Origin: Perkinsus chesapeaki ATCC PRA-425 | Lineage: Eukaryota > Protista > Perkinsozoa | Length of the DNA: 43,365 bases | Direction: 5' to 3' | NCBI GenBank assembly: GCA_013115145.1 | Contig: JAAPAO010000282.1 | Location: 1 to 43,365 of the forward strand | Shown here: one piece after another, positions 35,901-43,365 of the stretch | Numbering within the stretch: the stretch's first letter is position 1 | Layout: every line of letters begins with the position of its first letter | Made by a program: the position numbers and the translations under genes | The notes under the pieces: model-generated | What the model was told of the DNA's origin: nothing | What the model saw: the letters and a program-made list of their open reading frames with translations, nothing else | Database searches by the model: none

Positions 35901-37576
35901 GATAAATTGCCATGGCCAGTGTGAGGTAACCGAATTTCGGTTACCGAGGAGGACAAGACTTGCTCTCCTCTCCGGTGCGGTTTGAATTCTGACGGTTTAA
36001 CTCTGAGCTCGACGTTATTCCCGAAAATTAGTCTCTGTAGACTTCCTCGGTCGACATTTTCATGCCGTATTTGTCATGCCGAGTTTTAGGCCAATAACAG
36101 CATTCGTAAGGCAGGTCTGCTAGCACTACATGAAATTCTACCCCTACTCGAGTTTACATGGTTAAGGCTTATGATAAGTGATCTGGTAAGACGGCGATGT
36201 ATTGCCCAAATCACCTCGCTGGTGCCATGCACTTGAAAGTGCAGAGAGTAAAGGTTCCTGAGAATTCCGCTCCGTTTTGTATCCGTCAGTCCTAAGGGTG
36301 TGCGAATCCGTCGAATGCAGCGGAGGTTATTTCATCAACTCGAACATTGAGTATATCCGACTTGGATTTTTTGGCGATAACCCCGAGAGCATTGTTTCTC
36401 AGCAAGATCGTGAAAATGGCATTTTCATCCTTCTGTAGTTGCCGTTGTTGAAGAGCTCACTTGACGATTCGTTTACCCCCGATAATCGTCATCTTGCCAT
36501 AACTGTTGTTATTGCCATTCTCGATAATATGAGAACTGCCATCACATCCAGCTCCGCTGCTCCTGTTGATGAGTTTGATGCTGAGATAATCAGAGAAGTG
36601 TATCCTGACATACTAAAACGATTGGATGACAGCAATGACAGGATAAGGTCTGTTTGATAGGATAAGTCGCCTGCTTCAAGACAGACATTGAGCTCTTTTT
36701 CGGACAGTGTTGGAATGACGTGTGGTCGTCGGCAGCAGCGCGGAGGTTACCAAAATTCTAATTATTCTTTTTCGTGACCTCTCTGGAAAAAAGGTTCAAG
36801 GAAAACTTTTCAGGGCCAAGCGTTACGAGGAATCGCAACATATGATATGATCGATATGAATATTTGACCAAAACCAAAGCTCCGAGAATTGACAGCAACT
36901 TTGAAACTTCCGCATTCATCCAGTCTTCAGGGCTGAAATCTCAGCCTGACTTGGTGATGCATATCGCTGAAAAGGCAAATAGTAAATTCACGGCAACGAT
37001 CGTAGTGTCGATAGTAATTATGATATTATCGTCGACTGTTATGGTTCTCTATATAAATGTTGAGGGCGTTCTAAAGGCAATGGTGTTTGTTCAGAATGCT
37101 TACATGTCGAGCTGTCGAGTCTATTATGGACCTTCTGGCTTGTAGGCCCCTCATGTTGAAGGCTCTCTCAAACAGTGTTTTTGGTGAGCAGCAGCAGCGG
37201 CTGCATGTCTGTTTCCCTATCCCTCTTCATAGGATATATAGTAAGAAGTCTCTTCATCCACTTGGATGACAGCAATATGGACTTGTCAAAGGCGGTGTAT
37301 TCTTCATTAAAGAAAGTGATACTCGTGGTGATTATGATGTCCATAGCCCTCCGGTCAGGCTGCCATCGCTGGCGGTGGTGCGTTTGATGTTGAGGTTGAC
37401 GCGGCTGCGGAGAAGTCACTGCAGCCGGATCTTGTTCGATCCCTTTTGAGAAGGTGAGACATAGTTTGACATTGTTGGTGGACCATGAATACTGTAATGG
37501 TTTGATGATTCTCTTTGGTTGTTGAAAGAGTCTTGAGTTAGCAGTATTTTTGGACATTGTGAAGACTGTTCACTGA
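29942..37576 (+). CDS. DNAAF5: Dynein axonemal assembly factor 5 (HEATR2), multi-exon HEAT-repeat protein; exact 3' end tentative
   Basis: RLRRSINCLSDTDRKLR, PEVSEELRCGLIRLL, HQHWK/VRASIA, KWTAATGVRE..., VYPDILKRLDDSNDRIR and RSLFIHLDDSN match HEATR2 motifs in order (PEACEELRLALVQLL, HQHWKVR, YPELLKRLDD, LLVHLDD, as recalled). Confidence 0.85.
33655..33687 (-). repeat. tRNA-3'-end-like intronic element 8 (antisense, DNAAF5)
   Basis: Minus strand AGGTC TCAGG TTCGATC CCGGC ACACGTC A CTT, inside the 47-nt phase-0 intron 33650-33696. Confidence 0.8.
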
Positions 37577-38204
37577 CGAGTCGCCACACAACGGGAACAC
37601 AATCCCTTCAACTCGCACATTCGACAGAGAAATGCTGAAAGACTCGTATTTGTCGAGACAGTGCAGAGCATGTCCGGGGTTTAGACCTAAGAGGAAGCTT
37701 GAGAGGCACGAGTCGGACGAAACTAGTGTCATGTCTTGAATGGATGCATACATTGAAAAGCTTAATCGTTCTCGGGCAAAGATACGTTTTCCAATTTAGT
37801 TGGAAAACACATCAATGAGAGGAAAAGCCAACAAACAGAGCTATTCCGAACCGGCTAGGAAGAAAGCCATGGGCAAATTGCTTTATTCGTCCTGCCTACT
37901 GAGGTTTGGCTTGCCTAATCCATGGTCTGTATCAATGGGAGACCCCCTCCCGAATTTGTGGGGATCGAGACTACTCCTGTGACAGGAGTCCTGTCACTTA
38001 ATGGAAATGTAACCGTGCCGGTTTGGGACAGTCTGCAGGGTTGCTAGGTGTGAAAAGGGCTGAAAATCGGCAATCGAATCTCGCAAGATACGTCTATAGT
38101 AGATGTGTCGAAGTATTGCCAGTGGACCACTACTAACGATGTCTCGGAAGTCCCAAGTTGGGATATCAATACTGTAATACTAGCATCACAGGATGATCTG
38201 GTGT

Positions 38205-38222
38205 CACGGTCACGTGACCGTG
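38205..38222. promoter_or_regulatory. Perfect 18-bp palindrome CACGGTCACGTGACCGTG with an E-box core, 60 bp upstream of the protease ATG
   Basis: The sequence was read directly. A regulatory role is inferred from position only. Confidence 0.3.
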
Positions 38223-38282
38223 TGGATTAAAGATGCATGTCCAGTGTGAGCCGGCATCATTTTTGACTCGCTCGTAATCCAT

Positions 38283-39395
38283 ATGCAATACACTCCACTT
38301 TTTACTTGTCTGCTAACCTTATCAACTCTATTCCCGACTTGCCTGACCAATGTATTAAAACTTGGGATGACCTTTGAAAACTTTGAGGATATCGGTCGCG
38401 GTTTATATACTAAACTTCAAGTTGATGGTCAATCGATAACTATGTTTGTCGATACTGGTTCCCCTCACCTCACTCTGGTATGGAAAGATTGGCTCGAGCA
38501 ATCCTTTCAATCGGGCTACTGTGAGGACTTTAAACCCGGGCCTAACTCCCCGCCAACCTCACGAGCCTTACGATATAATTGAGTACGATGGCGGGGTTGA
38601 AACTGAGGTCTTCCAGCATAGAGGCGCTTTGAGGGTTGCTGACTTACTTCTTCAAAATGCTATCGTCGGTCTCATTATGGGACAAAATCCCTCCCCTACC
38701 ATATCTCCCCCGCTGAGTATATTGGGTCTGTCTCCCTCGATCGATGATAAGTTCCCATCCCTAATGCACCAGGTGTTATCGATGCCTTCCAGTCCTGTGG
38801 TTGATGATACATTTGCCATGTACTTAAAGTATCCACAGACTATATCTTCCCCTTCTGTTGGTCAACTGCTCCTCGGTGACGGTGATCCAAGTTTATACAA
38901 GAAGCCCATCGGATTCGTTGAGATGACTGACGAAATCGAGTATAAGGTCTCTCTCAATATGATGAAGGTTGGTGAGGGTGTTCTGACTATCGGTATGAAC
39001 CATGAAGCTCTTCTTGACACGGGTTCCAATTATATGTATGTCCCACAACTCTACATTAATCACTTGGTCAACGAAATCACAACTCAGGCGTCTACCTCTG
39101 CTGGACGGCAGGTTCCAATAAATTTTGACCAGTCCAGGAAATCATGGGTTTTCGACTGTGCAAACTTCAACTACATGCCAGCAATTGTATTTGGTTTTGG
39201 ACCTAATGGTGCAGTGCCGCTGATGTTTTCTCCTTAAATTATGTCCTACCCGTTAAAGGGGTATGTCTACTTAATTTCAAGCTAGAAGAGGCGAGGGGAA
39301 CTCGTTGGACTTTCCCCTCGAGAATGCTTATTGGTAATTACATTGAATTCCATCCTTCTCGAATGCGAATTGGCATCGCCCGTCTTCTAGCTTGA
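38283..39395 (+). pseudogene. Intronless secreted A1 aspartic protease with two frameshifts (pseudogene or assembly errors)
   Basis: Signal peptide plus FVDTGS in one frame (38283-38582); DGG...ILGLS...LLLG...ALLDTGSNY in a second frame (to 39237); LNYV...CLL...LIGNYIEFH...RIGIA* back in the first frame (39234-39395). Confidence 0.75.
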
Positions 39396-40116
39396 TTAAT
39401 GAGTATGCTCACAGCCTAGCTCACGCGGCTACTTCTGAGTCGTTCTTTCGTCAAAACTATTTCCGAGTAAGTAGTCTATGTCTTTTGCTTGCTATCAGTG
39501 TTCCTGACATGGTCAGTTTCATGAACACTTAACCTTTCTGGAGAGTTCTGTTATCAGATGATCTATGCTAATGTTAAGCATGGCGAGCCACATACAAATA
39601 TCCACCCTTTACTTTGTGGTGAGTTGATGGTAGCCCACAATAGTCCAGGCATGGTCTCACAAGTTCTTTTGAGACGCTTATAGTACATGTTTTAAGTTAG
39701 AATATCATCACCGAAGGCTACGTCAGCAATCATTTTCATTATTAACGAGTCGTCTGCTACCCACACCTTTGGGCTCAATTAAACTGTTGTGTTCACCAGT
39801 ATTGACAGCTACCCACAACCCTCTCAAAGTCATTAGAACTCATGATAGATATCGATGTGGACACCGCGACTGTTTTAGTGTATTTGAAACAACTGCAATT
39901 CGAGGAAGGTTACAATACTGAAGATTTATAACGAATACGTTGCATGGTTGCCTGCGTTTGCTTAGCGTGCGGTTCACCATGTGAACTTTATCTTTTCAGA
40001 TCGCCAGTTATACTATCTTACTCTATAACTCTAAAACAGTTGAGGAATGGTGAAAGTATATTATAATAGGCATGACAAAGATGCTATTTTTAATTTCAAA
40101 ATATCATCATTCTGAC

Positions 40117-43100
40117 TTATGTTTTTTCTTCTTCACATTCAACTGCTCGATGCTCAGCTAGACCGGCAAGCTCCACAACTTGCCCGCAACTGTAGCATTG
40201 CGTCAAGCTGGGACAATCTCGCCAATAATGAACATCCAATGCATCGCTGTTTATGATGAATGATGGATCAGAGTAGCCACAGAATTGACAACATGAAGTT
40301 ACAGCTCCTTCTCCACCGCCTTCAGCATTGCCATCATCTTCGACATTAATGTGATCTCGTACCGAAGGACGGGACGGTTGATAATCTTTACCATTGCTCT
40401 ACATAGAAGGGACAGGTTACATCCGAACGAAAGGATTCGATTTCAAGCTATATGATAGAAAAGTGCAATTTAAGCAAGGTTGCGAAACCCACAAGTTACA
40501 TTGCTTGTTGAGGAGTGCCTCGATGACCTGGGGTTGAATGCCAATCGAGATATGAGAAGGAAAACTCAATCAATCACATGCTGTTCCGAGATCGTATATT
40601 TCAGCGGATCATCTCATCCAGAGGTAATGCAAGCTGCTGCTGCTGCTGCTCACCTCCCCTGATTGCGGTCTTCTACCGAGTGACGTTCTACTATTCTTGC
40701 CACCACCAACTCGTCCATGAACCACTCGATCGATCTCCGCTTCGATTGCCTAAGTGTGACATGTCTCCAAAAGACCATCGCCGCCGCTCACTTCCCGCTG
40801 CGATTGTCGTTCTATTCCTTTTATGAAAGGTCTTATTGCCTCTGGACCAACCAAACTACATACCTGCAACAGCCTACTCCAATTTAACACTCTTAAAACA
40901 CTACCTTTGCCGCCAGAGATATCGCAGCTGCGCGGACCTCAGATGCCGGACACTGTTTTATCAGATCAAAGGCCATAGTCAACAATGGTATCGCGGTGAA
41001 GCCTCCTCCATGCTGAATGATCGCATCAGACTAGTAGCGGGGTGGAGGAGGTACCGAGTTGCCTTCCGAGGAGGAGGATCCCTCAGATGCCATCAGACCA
41101 CATGTGTCTAGTACAAGTTGGAGGACTTCACATCGAGCTGATAGCGCTCGATTAGGCAGCAATGACGACGCCGCAGTGGATGTGCCTCGACTCCCAAGAG
41201 CTCGTCGAGATGATATTTTCATGACCTTGATAGTAGTGATAATAATGATAAAGGTGACGTTCAAACAGAGCCTACGTGATGGGTGGCGAAGGAAGGCCCA
41301 ACATTCACAGCAATTGCGACTATTGCATTCTTGCTCGCTTCTTGACAACGTTTATTGGGATCAGATAGGCGATCGGCAAGAGATGGCATGAGAGGCTCGA
41401 GAAGGGTGTGGAGCTCACGAGCACCGCGAGGCATGGAGGAACACATCTGGAATAAAATGACATATGCCGGGATCGAACCTGCGACCGATAAGAGGACCTC
41501 ATTGAACACACTGCTTGCTGCTGCCTGCAGAAGCCTCATGCATGGTAAGAACACCTAATAATCAAACGGGGTGACCAAACCAAGATTGTCAAGATGCTTC
41601 CTTTCCAACAGTTATATAGTTTCAAGATTCCTTCTGCTCCCTGACTTACGTTTGCTATCTTGTCCGTAACACATTTCCTGACTGCATAAATGGCAGCATG
41701 TGAGCCCGATGCTGCATCCCCTCCTTTATCCGCCCACACACCATGGTCCAAGTCATGCTCGGCTTGGATGAAGCCGGCCTCACGGACCCTCCAATCCTAA
41801 AGAGGGACAGCAGGGCTCGTATGCACAATTAATTCTTTTTTCGTGATGCTGATAATATCCAGTCGATTCATTCCAAAATGACTCCCCTCATCGATCGGGA
41901 TTTCCTTCATGTACAAGACTATGATGACCGAATGCATACATAATACATGTATATTCCCATAAATCTTCGTGCTTTATAAATCCCCATGTTTCTCAAAAGA
42001 GGAGGCGCAGAAGGTGTCTTTGTAAACGTACAGTTCTAGTTAGAGAACAAGCAAGTGTACGTCGAGGCCGGAGGAGTTCATCGTGTGTTTGGCGCGCGGT
42101 CGGTTCGTGTCATAGGGAGCGTGCTTCAGGTTTCTACAGTTCTAAGAGAAAGACCAGACGCCGCTCGTTTGACTTCGTCGCTGGGTTCCGAAATCGCGTC
42201 GGTTAGGGTTTGTATAAAAATAAGTAGCCGAAAAAAAGGTGAAATGCGTTCCAACTTCCGGTAACTTCTACCGTCTTTCCATGCCCACAAGTCATCCCCT
42301 TGCGCACGCGTACACATCCTTCTCGTCATACCGTTCCCTTCCCTACCTTGCTAACAATACATCGTATAATATACTCCCCCAACAATGCCATCGGCGCGCC
42401 CTGCGCCTCATGGGCCACCGCTGGAGGGAGAATCTCTGACAGAGCGTCCAGTCATTTTACAAAACTGATGACAACAGCCGAGACTAACCTGCCGTCGGCA
42501 ATGCCTCTGAGTTGGGCACATTAGGTAGGTCTGGATGAGGGCCTCTGTCCCCCTCGAGAGGAGGTGTCTTCGGAGTTGGCTCCCCTGGAGTGACAGAGCC
42601 TCCTGCAACCTTGGCAGCATAATACGGATCTTGACCGAGGTACTCCGACTATGGAAAACAATTTCACATTAGGTTCAGAAGAAACGTACGGGGATCGAAT
42701 TAGGTCCAGCTTCGAGAATAGACCTCTGGTGATGATGATGATGATGATGATCATATTTGCTGCTCGGAGCTGCTGCTGCTGCCACGTTACTCCCTAACCC
42801 TCACAAGAGTGTCGCCTCCTCCAACTGACATTACCTGCCACTGCCGGAACTTCATCGAATGCGTTGATACCGCCTCGACTGCTGGGGTAGTTGTTCACAG
42901 TGTCACCGCTTGACGAACGTTGCGTGAAAACATCTCCGGGAGGGATAGAACCTTGGACCATCTTATGTGAAGCCGAGCCGCCTACCACTAGACCAATACT
43001 TCTAGCTGACATTCCAGTCACCGGAGATTGATAGTATTGGTAGCGCTGCTCGTAGGCTGTCTGGGACTGCCGTGATGGTTGTTGCGGTTTGGCTGCTATT

Positions 43101-43365
43101 CCAGCTCCATTGGTCCTGAGATTCGGACGGTGACTAGGGAAGAGAGATGGGGAATTTTTGGACACTTTGCTCGCCGAGAGTTTCATTCCCGTGCGCACAG
43201 ATACAAAGGCTGATTGGGCATTAACTTGAACGTATCACTAGCAACATATTTCCTATCAAACTCCTTTGTATTATATCTCCTCCTCCGTATCCCTAGTAAC
43301 ATATTTCCTATCAAACTCCTTTCTATTATATCTCCTCCTCCGTATCACTAGTAACATATTTCCTA
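40117..43365 (-). CDS. CEP104: CEP104-like protein (TOG domain plus C-terminal zinc-finger array); 5' part probably outside window
   Basis: Terminal exon CCQFCGYSDPSF...LDVHYWRDCPSLTQCYSCGQVVELAGLAEHRAVECEEEKT* matches the CEP104 zinc-finger pattern (CxFC...LDxHYWxxC...CxxCxQVVE...EH...EC). Upstream HEAT/TOG-like exons include LLEPLMPSLADRLSDPNKRCQEAS, and there is an FDEVP motif. Confidence 0.82.
41454..41486 (-). repeat. tRNA-3'-end-like intronic element 9 (sense, CEP104)
   Basis: GGTC GCAGG TTCGATC CCGGC ATATGTC A TTTT, inside the predicted 51-nt intron 41497-41447. That intron is in frame and has no stop, so its splicing is less certain. Confidence 0.78.
43232..43365. repeat. 55-bp tandem repeat, about 2.4 copies, cut by window end
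   Basis: Unit GTATCACTAGCAACATATTTCCTATCAAACTCCTTTGTATTATATCTCCTCCTCC is repeated with a few substitutions. It probably lies in a CEP104 intron. Confidence 0.92.

Noticed and set aside
37433-37443. GTTCGATCCC
   Set aside because: Apparently in DNAAF5 coding sequence (LVRSL), with no tail geometry.
38528-38540. TTTAAAC slippery-like heptamer at the first protease frameshift
   Set aside because: The needed shift is +1, the heptamer phase does not fit -1 recoding from the upstream frame, and a second shift would still be required.
43232-43365. Direct repeats considered as a CRISPR array
   Set aside because: The units are contiguous with no unique spacers, and the context is eukaryotic.

Overview
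Compact, intron-rich eukaryotic nuclear DNA with many GT-AG introns of about 40-55 nt. It is most likely from a perkinsid alveolate such as Perkinsus. This is inferred from the myzozoan-type ATP synthase subunit f, an intronless secreted pepsin-family protease of the expanded Perkinsus type, flagellar genes and short introns; no database was consulted. Genes were rebuilt by manual splicing. In order they are: the 3' end of an unknown gene, a class I histone deacetylase (-), ATP synthase subunit f (-), RGP1-like (-), eIF3a (+), an intronless ADAT1-like adenosine deaminase (+), several hypothetical genes, a multi-exon A1 aspartic protease (+), a protein with two degenerate TALE-like homeodomains (+), gamma-tubulin (+), DNAAF5/HEATR2 (+), a doubly frameshifted secreted A1 protease (+), and the 3' part of CEP104 (-). 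The most unusual signal is nine copies of a tRNA-3'-end-like element: a B-box/T-loop, then 5+7 nt, discriminator A and a T-rich trailer, with no CCA and no 5' half. All nine lie in spliceosomal introns of five unrelated genes, in both orientations, close to splice sites. No complete tRNA, rRNA, CRISPR array or transposase was recognised. Exon boundaries of the hypothetical genes are tentative.
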